Shown here: one piece after another, positions 24,695 through 40,421 of the stretch
Numbering within the stretch: position 1 is the first letter of the stretch
Layout of the letters: every line of letters starts with the position of its first letter
Origin: Paecilomyces variotii
Taxonomy: Eukaryota
NCBI GenBank assembly: GCA_004022145.1
Contig: RCNU01000002.1
Reading direction: 5' to 3' (one strand)
DNA: 64,000 bases
Notes under the pieces: generated by a model
Seen by the model: the letters and a program-made list of their open reading frames with translations, nothing else
What the model was told of the DNA's origin: nothing
Database searches by the model: none
Program-made: the position numbers and the translations under genes

Positions 24695-26063
24695 CTACAG
24701 TTTCTGGTACTCGAGCTTGCCCTCGAGCTTCTTCGCCTCAGCAACCTTGCGAACGGCCTTGTTGAAGTCGTCCTGGTTGACGGCATCCCGGTAGTCCTTG
24801 ATGGCGAAAAGACCACTGTGCAATAGAGTTAGTTCACATCATATGCAATAAAGGCAGGAACAGTGTAACATACGCTTCCGTAACCACATTTCTCAAATCC
24901 GCTCCGTTGAGACCGTCACTCATCTTGACGACACTCTCAAAGTCGATCTCACCCTCCGTCGCAACGGTGCTCGTGTGGATCTTCAGAATCTCCAGTCGAC
25001 CGACCTCGTTAGGCAGGGGAATTTCGATCTTTCGGTCCAGACGACCGGGTCGTAGCAGGGCGGGGTCCAATGTATCGGGTCTGTTTGTTGCCATGATGAT
25101 CTTCGTCTTCCCGAGGTAGTCGAAACCATCCAGTTGGTTGAGCAGCTCCATCAGTGTCCGTTGAATTTCACGATCCGCAGAAGTACCCTCCGAAAATCGT
25201 CGTCCACCAATGGCATCGATCTCGTCCATGAAGATGATACAGGGCTCGTGCTCCTTCGCATAACCAAACATTTCTCGGATCAATCGGGCAGATTCACCAA
25301 TGTACTTGTCGACGATAGCAGATGAAACAACTGTAATTTATTAGCATGGTGTTCGACAGTAGTGGGCGCTATCCTACATACCTTTCAAGAAGTTTGTCTC
25401 TAGCGAGCTGGCCACGGCTCTGGCCAACAGCGTCTTTCCCGTACCCGGAGGTCCATACAGCAGGACACCCTTCGGAGACTTGATACCCACCCGCATGAAG
25501 AGCTCGGGGTTCTTCAGCGGCAACTCGATCACCTCTCGCAACTCGCGAATCTGGTCGTTCAGACCACCAATACCAGCAAAGCTGATCTGACCGGGGTCCT
25601 CCAAAGACATGTTATACACCAGAGGGTCGACCTCGCGTGGTAGCATCCGCATGATGGTGAGTGTGGTCATGTCGAGGGCGACACGAGTGCCCTGTTTGAG
25701 CTTGGATCGGTCGACCTTGGAGCGGCAACCAACGACATATCGTGGGCCTGACGACGCCTTGACGATGACTGCGATTGTTAGCTTTAATTCCGTTCAGGGC
25801 GGCAAGCCCAGCTCTTGAGCCGTAAATGAGATGCGCGGGGTCTTACATCGTTCCTCGTCCAACTGCTTCAGCACCTCTCCGATGATCTGGCCCACACTCT
25901 GCAGCGCCTTGATGTTCTCTTCGGTGATGTCAAACTCCTTCTGCAGGTCCTTGATGCCCAGTCGTAGGGCCTTGAGCTTTGCCTCCCATTCTCGCAGGTC
26001 CAGCAGGCTTCGCTTGTAGTCTTCGAGCGCCTGCTCCCTCTCGGGGTCAGCAGCGCCGTTCAT
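24695..26063 (-). CDS. RPT4: 26S proteasome AAA-ATPase Rpt4, multi-exon
   Basis: [64 protein letters not shown]-terminus [11 protein letters not shown]. Confidence 0.96.
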
Positions 26064-26268
26064 GGTGGCTGTGATGGGATTCAACGACCAGAGGAATAAG
26101 GAGGAAAGGTAGGAACTCGAAAGCCAAGAGACGTTGGGACGGTAGGATAGAGCGGATAGAGGAGGGAAGGGTGTTGTGGTATATCACAGTGTCTGAGGCA
26201 AGCTCACTGGCAGCTCCCGCCTTGCTGGGTCCCGGTTGAGCTGCTGACGGAACCGCTCGACGCCTAGA

Positions 26269-26326
26269 TCACGTGAACAAGTAGATACAGTCACGTGAGA
26301 GACAACATTCAATTTAAGTCACGTGG
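26269..26326. promoter_or_regulatory. Three clustered TCACGTG E-boxes (Cbf1/bHLH-type) in the RPT4/enolase divergent region
   Basis: TCACGTGA at 26269 and 26291, and TCACGTGG at 26319. Confidence 0.6.
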
Positions 26327-26992
26327 TTGTTCTGAGTTATTTATTCCTTCGGAGCCTGAGGCAGAAAGCAGTGGGCCACAAGGCATCCGGGCATCCAGGC
26401 ATCAAGGCACCAAGGCAAGGCATGATGTACGCTGCCGTGTGCCCGTGGCGTCACTCTTTGAAAGCGCTGGATGAATTAACATAACTTAGGTAGGTAGTTA
26501 GTTAATTCACTAATTAATAATAATCATGTTATGTGATTCCCAGCCGACAGACCGAGAACACCAGCACAGAGACATCTGATACCCGCGTCTCTAGTCCTAC
26601 AGATTCTACAGGCATCAAGGCAGAGACGCTCTCTCTCTCTCCGTCTCCCCGCCTTTCTCCGAGGCAGAACGGGAGATGTCGCTGGCGTGCTTGACGTCGT
26701 ACGGTCGAATGGCGCGGATTGAGCGAGTAAAAGAGAATAATAATCCGATAGTCCCCACTGGCGTAATTGGAAATATCCGGAGAGTCATGATATGCGCTGG
26801 TTAACAAGTTACCCGGGAGAGCTTTCCCCTACCTAGGTATACAAATACTGCCCCTCCACCCCGACGCCTCGACAACTTCCTGTTCCCCGTGTTTTTTTGA
26901 CCTCCCTTGCTAAGATACCCTCGTCTGATTCTATCCCATCAATCCTCGTCATTCCTCCCATCAGTTGTATCCTCTTGTTCTCTACCTACCAG

Positions 26993-29005
<2,013 letters not shown>

Positions 29006-29593
29006 ATGTAACCCGAAAGGGTATAATCCAAACCAAAACATCCTCACCCACATAATGCCTTATTGGATACAGGGGGGTACAGGGGTAATCGTCATGTCAG
29101 GAGATCCTTTCCTCCACATGGCACCGTTGGGCACGAAGACATGACCGAATACTTGCATGAAAACAAAAGAATCGGCTATGGGAAACTCATAGCTAGGGCC
29201 AGCTAACCACTCCATAGTAGTTGAAATCGGAATCAACTATATATTATTTCAAATAAACTGTCTCATTGGTCTTGCAGTCAGTGTCGTAAATTGTAACTTA
29301 GTATATTGTGAAGAACAGAACTGGTAACTAGCGTTCGGGCATCAATAAACAACAATGTAACGACCGTGGGCCCTTGCAGTCACGTGAACTCCCCTCTCTC
29401 CCTGCGCTGGCTGAACCGGTGATGAAATGCTCCTCCGCCCACAGAAATTTCCCCTTTCACTCTCCCACTTTCCGCCCTCACACGCGTCTTGCTTTACTGG
29501 TTGCTGGTCAGATTCCGGGACCGGTACTACTGACTCTTATTTCAAACACGAAAACCTCGCTGTCTGAGCTCAGAACCGGACGTTTTGCCCATC

Positions 29594-30590
29594 ATGGCGC
29601 CTTCGAAGTGGGGTATGTATTTTCCTCCGCGGTCCGCATCCGGATCGGTCGTTTGTGGAATTTCCCGGTCATGGTCTCGATGGCGCATAACTTGTTGCTG
29701 ACTGGTAATGCTCAATGTTAGATGAGGAGGAGGAGAGCAGCAGCGGTCCCTCGTCACCGCCTGTCATTGCTCCCAGGCGCAAGTTCGACGATGAGGAGGA
29801 AGAGGATGTAAGAATCCACCCCGCCATCGCAGACACTCGCCCTGCAGTATAATGATCAGCATACTTATATCTTCGTTTCAAACAGGTCCTCGACTCGTGG
29901 GATGCTGCTGAGGACTCTGAAGTAGAGCGCGAGAAGGCTGCTAAGGCCGCTGCGGCGAAGGCCAAGGCCGACGCAGAGGCCGCCGCAAACAAAAAGACCA
30001 AGGCTCAGCGGTTAGAGGAGCTCAGGGAGGCCCACCGGCGGCAACGCGAGGCAGAGGAGGACAGTGACGAAGACGAGGATGATGCTACGCGCCGAGCGCG
30101 CCTACGTGCCACGGAGAAGGAGTCGGACCTTAAGCACGCCGAAGACTTGTTTGGCGATATCGACCTGAACCGGAACCGTGGTGCCCCTAAGGCCGTGGTC
30201 GTGGGTGATGCATCGGACCCTACGCAGGCGATCGATCTGTCGGCCATGCCTCTCTTCAACCCTACGACGAAGGACCAGTTCACCAAGCTCACAGAGACCC
30301 TGCTTCCCCTGCTGACACGGCACGCGAAGAAGCCCCATTATGCCCTCTGGGCGCAGGACTTCACCAAGAAGCTGGTCAAGGAGCTGAACAGCGGAGAAAT
30401 CAAGAAGGCTGCCAGTGGTCTGACGACTCTCAGCAACGAGAAGCTGAAGGAGGAGCGACAAGCAGACAAGGGAGGCAAGAAGTCCAAGGCAGCTAAGAGC
30501 AAGGTTTCGCTCGTCGCCCACCGAGACAACCACATTGACACCACAGTCTACGCTGCTGACGACGATTTGGGCGATGACGACTTTATGTGA
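29594..30590 (+). CDS. HCR1: Translation initiation factor eIF3 subunit J, 3 exons
   Basis: MAPSKW|DEEEESSS...RRKFDDEEEED|VLDSWDAAEDSEVERE...DLKHAEDLFG...DDDFM*. Confidence 0.93.
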
Positions 30591-31543
30591 TCCCATTTGG
30601 CTTTAGAAAATTTCCGTCTTCCTGTTGTTCTATGCTTTGCTTTCTGTCTGCGTGTCTTCGGATACGGGCAATTTCTCTTCCTGTCCCATGATCTTTACAA
30701 TTGTTCACATCGTACCGTGGTAATCGGCATGGTTTAGCCATTTTTCTTTCTTCTATATTCTTTTTCTTTTTCATTTCCCATTCTAGATTGTGTAAATCCA
30801 TTATCTAAAACATTACAGTAGAATCTATCTATCAATCTGCTCCTCTTTTTTCCGTAGTAATAGTTCAAAAAGCCACATATACATAAGTAATCCTCCTAGT
30901 AACTAATAGACTGACTTAAGTAAGTACTTGACCGAGCTAAAGGTATAGTTAAACAATCACTCACGAGCCCAGATACTAATAATGTCTGGTTCCTTTACGT
31001 ATCGAACTAGTGGGTCTTGGTAGATAGCGGCCAATGCTTCTGAATCTAGCCGAAGGCTTTTTTTGCTTTCTCTTTCTCCCGCCCTTTTTTGACTCTCTCT
31101 CCAGCACCGTAGGCTCCTCTTTGGCGAATAGGTCTATTGGATAATTGAAGTAGACCAAATCTTAGCTGCGCTCGAGCTCATTATGCGATCTCCGAGGTGT
31201 TCGCTTGATTCAAGATCAATGAAGCGAATGCAACGTTAGGGGCGACTTTGGACGCCATAAGCCTTCCTTGGTACTGCTAAGTATCGCTTGGCAACGGAGC
31301 ACAGTATGTGCTTGGTATACTGTACTGGCTTTCGGAATAATGATGAGATTCCTAGTCCCACTAGATAATAGCCTGCACTTTGTCCAGGGTACTTGTTAAT
31401 TTGCCTTTTCTTTTTTCTACTTTCTTTTCTCTTCTCTTATCTTATCCTGAATCTCTTTTCATCATCCGCATGCTTCTCGTACTTTTTATTGTATTTTATT
31501 TGTTTACCTTATCATCTCAGAGTCCTAACAGTGACAACAGAGT

Positions 31544-32525
31544 ATGTTGCTACTCATTATCAGCTTGTGAGTATTCCTCTACAGGGCTAGAGTAATCAAT
31601 TTTGCCCTAACATACAAACAGAATTGTCCTTGCTTTAATCCTTATCTCCTTCGTCCCTCATATATATCATGCTTGGCTAGATAAGGGTACTAGAGAAATT
31701 TCATTGCACTACCTACTTTTCAATGCCATTTGTTCCACGGAGCATCTACTTATGGTCTTCTTCTACACCATCAACCTCCATATCGATTCCCCCGTCGATC
31801 TCCCGATCGATATTCCTACTGAGGCAGGCTACTGGACTCACAATCCGCGTAATGCACTTGACTGGGTCAATTTTGTCCAAGTATTAGGCGTATGGGTATT
31901 ATGGAATATCCTGTAAGCTCAGACATACATACCACTTCTGGAAAACCAAAATGCAAACAGAGACTGACTAAATAAAATATCTAGGTTGGGGCTCAACCTC
32001 TACCACAGACCTACTAATCGGCTTCGTAAGCCTTTGATTGTAGTCATTTATTTTGGCTTTCTCATGGTATCCATAGGCCCTGTCATAGCCGACGCAGTGT
32101 CGGATATCTTCTGTCCTCCACACCATCCGAACTGTCCTCAGATTGAGCGAGATCCCATTGCTCTCTTCCATGGCCTTCATTTTTTCATTCTTTTGCCATT
32201 TCTTACGACTATACCACTTGTTATAGGAATAGTCAAGCAAGCCCGCATACCCTTACAAACTCATAATATTACTGGGCTTAAGTTTCAGGCAGTGGCTTTC
32301 ACGCTCTCAGCTGTTGCTTGGGTCCCCAGAGTCTCTGTTCCATGGGACTTATACCTAGATGGTACACACCCGATAATTCTGGTTATCAATGCATGGTACC
32401 ATATGGTTGGATTTGTCACAGTTGATGATGCAGTCTTTGCTTTGGGGCAAGGAATTTTCTTATGGTTGTCTTTACGACAGATTAAACGTGCGGAAGAAAG
32501 AGAAAGACAGCCGCTTTTGGAGTGA
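31544..32525 (+). CDS. Fungal multi-pass membrane protein of unknown function (PQ-loop-like start); 5' end uncertain
   Basis: Putative exons 31544-31566, ~31622-31912 and ~31985-32525 give hydrophobic segments (ISFVPH...EISLHYLLFNAICSTEHL) and a C-terminus ERQPLLE. The region is AT-rich. Confidence 0.6.
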
Positions 32526-32573
32526 TATATACATAATAATACTTAAGTCTCACTCAAGCCTTTCCAGTGGTAT

Positions 32574-32574
<1 letters not shown>

Positions 32575-32605
<31 letters not shown>
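32575..32605. repeat. T31 homopolymer
   Basis: Directly visible. Confidence 0.9.
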
Positions 32606-32607
<2 letters not shown>

Positions 32608-33060
32608 TCTTAGGATAGAGACCATACATTCCAGTCTATAGTTTGTCATTTTCTCTTATTGAATAAAATAGGGCTTTATAATCGTCGGATCTTCGCATTT
32701 AGCTCGCTGATAGGCATATTGTCTAGAATTAAAGTAACTATGATGATGGCAACACGCATGCAGAATCAATCACGTGTATTTTGACACAAAACCTCTTCGC
32801 TCGTCGTGGCTGAAAACAGCGCGGAACTGATACGATAAGTTGCTTGACTCATGACCACGCGATCTTATCATCGGCCAATCAAGCTAGGTTTCGTCGCACC
32901 CTGTTGACCCCTCCATCAGGCTGACGGCCAGCTGGATAGGTTGTTCTACCATACGAAGGCAACCCGGACTGGAGTTGATATTATTGTTATCATGATCAGC
33001 CTGAAGCCATGGCCATGGTCAGATGCCTATGCTGAAGAGACCGGTTTGATTCTTGATAAT

Positions 33061-33087
33061 CTGTACTGTACTGTACTGTACTGTACT
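33061..33087. repeat. (CTGTA)5 microsatellite
   Basis: Directly visible, downstream of the 14-3-3 gene. Confidence 0.9.
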
Positions 33088-33873
33088 CCGTGTTGGATAT
33101 TTGGGATTTGAGCTCTTTCCTTTCTTTTTTCTTTTTTCTTTTCTTTTTTTTTGTGGATGATGGATTGATTCGAGTGTAGTGGCTCTTGGGGATTGTGATT
33201 GGGGTTAAATAAAACTCCAGATGGGGATTGTTGAACTCTTAAGGGCTCTGTCTGAGTGTAGGACACAAAGAAATGGAAAAAAAAGAGATGTAGGAAAACA
33301 TACACAGCAGGATAGGGCACGAGGAATGGAGATGTTATGAAACAGGATAGACGACAGGACCGGGGAAATCGAGGAATGGAAGATAAAAAATGGCTAGATG
33401 GTGGCGGAAAACATGGAATCTTTCCTTTTCTCTCCCCACCCAAGTTTGTCTTGTTTCTCATTGCTCTGCCTTCAAGCGAACAAAATGCGCCCACCATCGG
33501 TGTCCAAAGGGGAGTACAAACTTAGTATGTCCATCTAAAGGGAATCTCCAGGACGGATTACAGTTCGGGCTTCAGTTTCCACGTCTGATGGTGAAGATCA
33601 AAATGAGAAAACAGAAAGAGCTTGTTAGGAGCAACAGAATAGAGAGCATAAGAGAGAGACAGATTCCGCTACAACCCCATTTTCACCACTCTCCAAATAT
33701 CAAACTCCGCCGGCCGACTCACGCGTATTCCGAAACACTTGAAGACATGTGCCGGTCCAAACCGTTCCACGCAGTTAAAATAGACTTTCATAATCGCTGC
33801 TGGGGAGAAACGCAAACGCTCAAAGAGCCGCAGACGCTGCATGGCATCCGCAGCCGACGGCAACCAAGTCGCT

Positions 33874-35261
33874 TTACGACTCGGGGGCGGCGGGAGCCTC
33901 CTCAGTCTTGGCCTCGGCGGCGGGGGCAGCGGCCTCACCCTCAGCCTTCTCTTCCTTGACCTCACCGGCACCGGAGGCCTCGGCCTCGTTGCCATCGGAC
34001 GAGGTCCAGAGGGTAAGGTTGTCACGCAGCAGCTGCATGATGAGAGTGCTGTCACGGTAGGACTCCTCGGAGAGAGAGTCAAGCTCGGCGATCGCATCGT
34101 CGAAGGCTTGCTTGGCAAGGTGGCAAGCGCGATCGGGGGAGTTGAGGATCTCGTAGTAGAAGACGGAGAAGTTCAGAGCCAGTCCGAGACGGATGGGGTG
34201 AGTAGGAGTGAGCTCGCTCTGGGCGATGTCGGTAGCAGTCTGAGTGAGAGCGTCATTGTCAGTACACTACAATTGACTAATTGAACAATTGGAGAATAAT
34301 CTCTTTTTTCCCCCCCTGTCAACATACCTTGTAGGCCTCGTGGGCAGCGGTAGCGGCGCTCTTGCGCTTGTTGCCAGAGGCGAACTCAGCGAGGTAGCGG
34401 TGGTAGTCACCCTTCCTGTAATTATCATCAGCATAAGACGTCTACAGAGACGATCGCGAGAAAGCTGTGTCTTTTTCCGCCCGTTGGGACGTACATCTTG
34501 TGGTAGAAGACTTTAGACTCGCCAGACTCGGCCTTGGGGATGAGGGACTGGTCAAGGACGTCGAGAACATCCTGGCAGACCTTCTCCAGCTCGGTCTCAA
34601 TCTTCTGGCGGTACTCGCGGATGATGGTAACGTGCTGCTCAGAGCCCTTGGATTCCTCCTTCTGCTCGATCGAGGAGATGATACGCCAGGAAGCACGACG
34701 CGTACCAACGACGTTCTTGTAGGCCACGGAGAGCAGGTTACGCTCGTCAACGGTAAGCTCACCACCAATCTGACTATGTGTTAGTTGATGGATTGATGAC
34801 GATAGTAGAGCCGATAGGGGACAATGTGGGGTGAGCATACGTTGGCGACTTCCTGGGGGAGAGTTAGTTGGAGACCCTTTTAATACTATTCATGGAACCT
34901 AAGACTCAGGGGTGCTCACCTTCATGTACGTGACCATCTCTGGAGCACGACTGTTAGTATTTCAGGTCTCCTGTGTGATTTGCAACGAGGCTTACCATCG
35001 TAGCGCTCGGCCTGCTCGCAGAGCCTCGCGAGGAAGGTCTTGCTGCATGGGTGTCAGTTTGACATTGCTGTAACCATGAACCTGAGCGCAAGGAACTTTA
35101 CCTCTCACGCTATAGGCAATGGATTCGGTCAGTATGACTCTTATCACAAAGATATCAGGGTGGAGGGGAGAGACACAGCTGCAGCGTGACCATAAAGGTT
35201 GTTGCTGAGCCGCAGAGACATGGAGGAGGGGCTTTGGGCCAGAACGTACTTCAGAACTCAT
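33874..35261 (-). CDS. 14-3-3 protein, many short 5' exons
   Basis: [62 protein letters not shown]...[19 protein letters not shown]...[16 protein letters not shown]. Confidence 0.96.
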
Positions 35262-37173
35262 CGTGTTGATGACTGATTACGGGGTGTTGTGGTGGAGAGA
35301 GAGGTGGGAGTAAAGGATGAGATGGTGCTAGAGAAGAGGATGTAGAGGCGGGCGAGAGGAATGGAAGAAAGCACAAGAGAGCAGACTGATGCGATCTCCA
35401 AGACAGACTGTTGGTGAGTGATGAACCGGTGAGGTGACGGACACTGGCTTAGCGAGGGCGCGGGCGCGGCGGGTTGTTTGGAGTGTTTGGGCTTGTGTTT
35501 GCGCTGCGGGCGCTCGCTCGCTCGCCCATCTGGGGCGGGCAGACACCACAGATTCACTATTTAATTAATTTCCCACTGTGGTTCTGCAAGATCTCGACTA
35601 TCTATTATTATTATTCCCACAAATGAGACAGGATCCTCATCATTGTTTGCCTCGTGGATAGAAGACGCATGGCTCTTCTTGGTGCCTAAGCTATCAAGTA
35701 TGGTGGTCTCTTGTCGGTCTTACGGGTAGTCAACTAACTGAAAGACATGTTCGCTACAGTCCTGATCACTGCCCAAAGATTCCAGGGCGACCGTTCACAT
35801 GCAGTGTTTCCAAACAGATGGAGTAAAACGGTTGATATGAGATGTCCAGAGGGATCCTGTTGGGACGGTCCTCGTGCCTAAACGAACCGTAACTCTCCTC
35901 TCCTTGAATCAGGCTTTTCTCCTGGCTTCCAATGATGATGCAACAGTAGACAATCAGACAGGGCAACGGTCTAGATAAAGCGTACTATCAATGATCACAG
36001 TGGCATTGCAAAGCCTTGGTTTGCTGATGTCTTCGCCTTACTTCAGATTGCCCCCTCGAATAGGCGCCGAACCACGGATACGGACACAGCCAAGGTCTCG
36101 CCCTTAGAAATGCAGGACCCTTTTAATAATTTTGAGACTAGTCAGACCACGAGACATGTCAAAGATTGACCAGGGGCCCTCCTTCGTTGGGACTAATACG
36201 GAGTAGAGGCGTGTGGACCTGCGGTGTACTACGAACGTTTGCGCGCCCACCATGCTTGAGAACGCACACCAAACGGGCGATCCACCGCTTCTAGACGGCG
36301 AAGCCGCTGCTGTGCTGTATCATGTATGGATGGTTAGCCGGCTGCTTGCTGGACTCCAGCTCTTGGAAGTCTTGTAGCCAAGAGTTCGCAGTCTGCCGCT
36401 GAGAGCCGCACAGTACCTCCGCTGGGTGATCTTGGAGCGGCCAGTCTTCAAATGGGATTTCAAGAATAGAGTTGCTGCGTGGACTCCGTGGAGTAATATT
36501 ATTACTCTCGGAGCAGGAAGTCCGGCGAGATCGTCTTGAGGATCTGCTCACTAGTATCCAGTAGTCATCCTGTATACGTCGTCACCGCGAGAAGAACCCC
36601 GAGAGACAGAAGGGAACGAGACTGCGGGACAGCCAGCAGGATCGGAAAGAAGCCATCTTCCTCCGTAATAATAATAGTAGACTATATTGGTTCAGCGTGG
36701 AATGCTGCAAGATGCCTTGCAGAGGGCCGGAGAGTTCCCCGGAGGTCTCTGCCGCAGTGCAGCCTGAGGCGTCTATGAGAAAGAAGCTTCCAATCAGTCA
36801 GCCCTGTGTAATAAGTTTTGCGTAGTGTGACTGGTCCAGACGCAAGAAAAGAACACGTTGTGGTAGTTATAACTTCTTCTTATTATTAACTATCATCTCT
36901 CGCAGCTCTTTTCCTGTGGGGCGTCTAAGTACCAGTGCTCTTCTCCCCGCTTGAGCTGACCTTTCTCCTTGTCGGACCTTTTGCTAGGGAATTGCTAGGG
37001 AATTGCCGTTTTCTTCTGCTTCTAGATTATTCCTAGACCGCCAGATTAACCAGCCACCTGGCCTCCATGTATCTGCTCAGGTAGAAAACAGCTCGGTTTT
37101 CTAGCTCTCTACCTTACCAGTCTCTGGTACTCTCTCTCTCGTCGTTCCTACATCTCAATTCTTGCGGACGGCA

Positions 37174-40100
37174 ATGGAGCAGTCGTACCTGTTCTCCCCC
37201 GCGGAGGTGCTTCAGCGCTTCCGCGTAACGGAAGAAACGGGGCTCTCGCAGGAGCAGGTTCTCAAGTCCCGTGCGGAGTATGGTCCCAATGGTGCGTCGC
37301 ATGCTGTCTTGATTTGTCTACTCAATTTGACAGCAGTATGCTAACTGCGCGCCTACTCAGCTCTCCCCGAAGATCCTCCAACACCGCTATGGGAACTGGT
37401 CCTGGAGCAATTCAAGGACCAGCTGGTTTTGATCTTGCTAGGTTCTGCGACGGTATCCTTTATACTCGCACTATTTGAGGAAGGTGACGACTGGACCGCA
37501 TTTGTGGATCCGGTGGTGGTACGTGCTTCTGAAGAGCCCCTGCGATGTTGTAGAGGACTGACATGGATGATCTAACGGTACACAGATATTGACCATTCTT
37601 ATTCTGAACGCTATCGTCGGAGTGTCACAAGAAACAAGTGCGGAAAAGGCAATTGCAGCTCTACAGGAGTATTCCGCGAACGAGGCCAAGGTTGTCCGCG
37701 ATGGAAAGATCCAGAGAATCAAGGCGGAGGAGCTGGTCCCTGGAGATATTATCCATGTGGCCGTTGGAGATCGGATTCCAGCGGATTGCAGACTGCTCTC
37801 TATCCAAAGCAATAGTTTCCGCGTGGACCAAGCGATCCTGACTGGTGAGAGTGAAAGTGTTGGCAAGGACACCAAACCGGTTAAGGACCAGCAAGCGGTT
37901 AAACAGGATCAGACGAATATTCTCTTTTCTGGAACCACCGTCGTTACTGGCCATGCTACCGCGGTCGTTGTTCTCACAGGTGGATCGACAGCTATCGGAG
38001 ACATCCATGAAAGCATCACGTCGCAGATCTCGGAGCCAACCCCATTGAAGCAGAAGCTCAACGACTTCGGAGACATGCTCGCTAAGGTTATCACAGTGAT
38101 CTGTGTGCTGGTTTGGCTCATCAATATCGAACACTTCAGTGACCCGTATCACGGTGGTTGGGCCAAAGGCGCCATTTACTATCTTAAGATCGCCGTCTCT
38201 CTCGGTGTGGCTGCCATTCCCGAAGGATTGGCTGTCGTGATCACCACTTGCCTGGCGCTCGGAACCCGTAAAATGGCTGCGAAGAATGCGGTCGTTCGGT
38301 CGTTGCCGTCAGTTGAGACGCTTGGCAGCTGCAGCGTTATTTGTTCAGACAAGACTGGTACTTTGACAACCAACCAGATGAGCGTCAACAAGATCGTCTA
38401 TCTGGCCGAGTCTGGACAGGGTCTCGAAGAGATTGACGTCGAGGGTACAACCTTTGCCCCCGAAGGAAACCTCAAGCGTAACGGCAAGGTGCTCGAAGAT
38501 GTTGCCGTGCATTCGTCGACTGTCCGTCAGATGGCCGAAGTTCTCGCTCTCTGCAACGAAGCTGTCCTTTCATATGATGCAAAGAGTGGCCTATTTTCCA
38601 ACATTGGTGAACCCACTGAAGGTGCCTTGCGTGTTCTGGTTGAGAAGATCGGTACAGACGATCTTGCCACCAACGAGGCCCTGAGACGTTTGCCTGCAGC
38701 CGAAAGACTGCATGTTGCTAGCCGTTATTTCGAGGAGCGCCTTCCATTGAAAGCAACCTATGAGTTCTCACGAGACCGGAAGAGTATGTCTGTTTTGGTC
38801 GGAGACGGTAAGGCGCAGAAACTCTTGGTCAAGGGAGCCCCCGAATCCATCCTTGAACGCTGCTCTCATACTCTTCTCGGTGCTGATGGACCCCGTGTCC
38901 CGCTCACTCAGCACCACATTAGTCTGATATCCGGAGAGGTCGTGGAATATGGAAACAGAGGCCTGCGGGTTATTGCCATCGCTAGCGTCAATGACGTTGC
39001 TGAGAATCCGCTGCTTCGCACTGCTAGTACCTCTGAGGAATATGCTCAACTAGAACGGAACATGACCCTTATTGGACTTGTTGGCATGCTTGATCCCCCG
39101 CGTACGGAGGTTGCTGGCTCGATTCAGAAGTGTCGCGACGCTGGTATCCGTGTCATCGTTATCACGGGTGACAACCGGAATACGGCCGAGTCCATCTGCC
39201 GGCAGATTGGTGTCTTCGGCGAGTTTGAGGACTTGGAAGGGAAGAGCTTTACGGGCAGAGAGTTCGATGCCCTGAGTGAGAGCGAAAAGTTGGAGGCCGT
39301 GAAGACAGCCTCTCTGTTCTCCCGGACCGAGCCTAGCCACAAATCTAAACTGGTGGATCTCCTTCAGTCTGTGGGACACGTCGTTGCTATGACCGGTGAC
39401 GGTGTCAATGACGCACCGGCCCTCAAGAAGGCCGATATTGGTGTGGCTATGGGCAGCGGAACTGATGTTGCTAAGCTTGCGGCCGATATGGTGCTCGTTG
39501 ATGACAATTTCGCTACTATCGAGACGGCTATCGAGGAAGGAAGGTCGATCTACAGCAACACCCAGCAGTTCATTCGGTATCTGATCTCATCCAACATTGG
39601 AGAGGTGGTCTCTATCTTCCTGACAGCTGCCATCGGTATGCCCGAGGCTTTGATCCCGGTGCAGCTCCTGTGGGTCAATCTTGTCACCGACGGTTTGCCA
39701 GCAACTGCTTTGTCCTTCAATCCTCCTGACCATGATGTGATGAGGCGCCCCCCTAGGAAGCGTGATGAGCCTCTCGTGGGTGGTTGGCTGTTCTTCCGTT
39801 ACATGGTCATTGGTACTTACGTTGGCGCTGCTACCGTTTTTGGATACGCATGGTGGTTCATGTTCAACCCTGAGGGTCCTCAGATCTCCTTCTGGCAATT
39901 GGTAAGCTGCTCATACTTATAGTCCGTCGCATGTTAGCTAACAGTGGTCATAGGCGCATTTCCACAAGTGCTCTTCGGAGTTCCCAGAGATTGGTTGCGA
40001 GATGTTCACCAATGAAATGTCCAAGTCCGCTTCTACGGTGTCGCTTTCTATCCTGGTCGTCATTGAGATGTTCAACGCGGTGAATGCCCTGTCGTCCAGC

Positions 40101-40421
40101 GAGTCTCTGCTCACCTTCCCCCTGTGGAACAATATGATGCTTGTGGCTGCCATCATTCTCTCGATGGTACTTCACTTCGCCATTCTCTACATTCCGTTCC
40201 TCCAGGGCCTGTTCTCCATTCTGCCGCTGGATTTGACCGAATGGAAGGCCGTTGTGGCTATCAGTGCTCCCGTCATGTGAGTAATGATTCTTATTTACTG
40301 CTACTATGAGAATTACCGCTAACGATGAGACAGCTTCATCGATGAGATCCTCAAATTTATTGAGCGTCGGCTGTATGTCAGCCACGTCAGCCCTGCTGCT
40401 ACCAAGCCAAAGAGCGCATGA
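37174..40421 (+). CDS. SERCA-type P2A Ca2+-ATPase, 5 exons
   Basis: TGES, AAIPEGL, DKTGTLT phosphorylation site, [18 protein letters not shown] and [12 protein letters not shown] are present. Confidence 0.96.

Noticed and set aside
32740..32813. ATGATGA...CTGA spaced like a C/D box snoRNA
   Set aside because: There is no terminal stem and no rRNA-complementary guide that I recognise. Such motifs occur by chance.
36291..36551. Short minus-strand ORF (IPFEDWPLQD) faintly like transposon-associated fungal hypothetical proteins
   Set aside because: It is too short and has no terminal repeats or transposase motifs, so it cannot be supported without a search.
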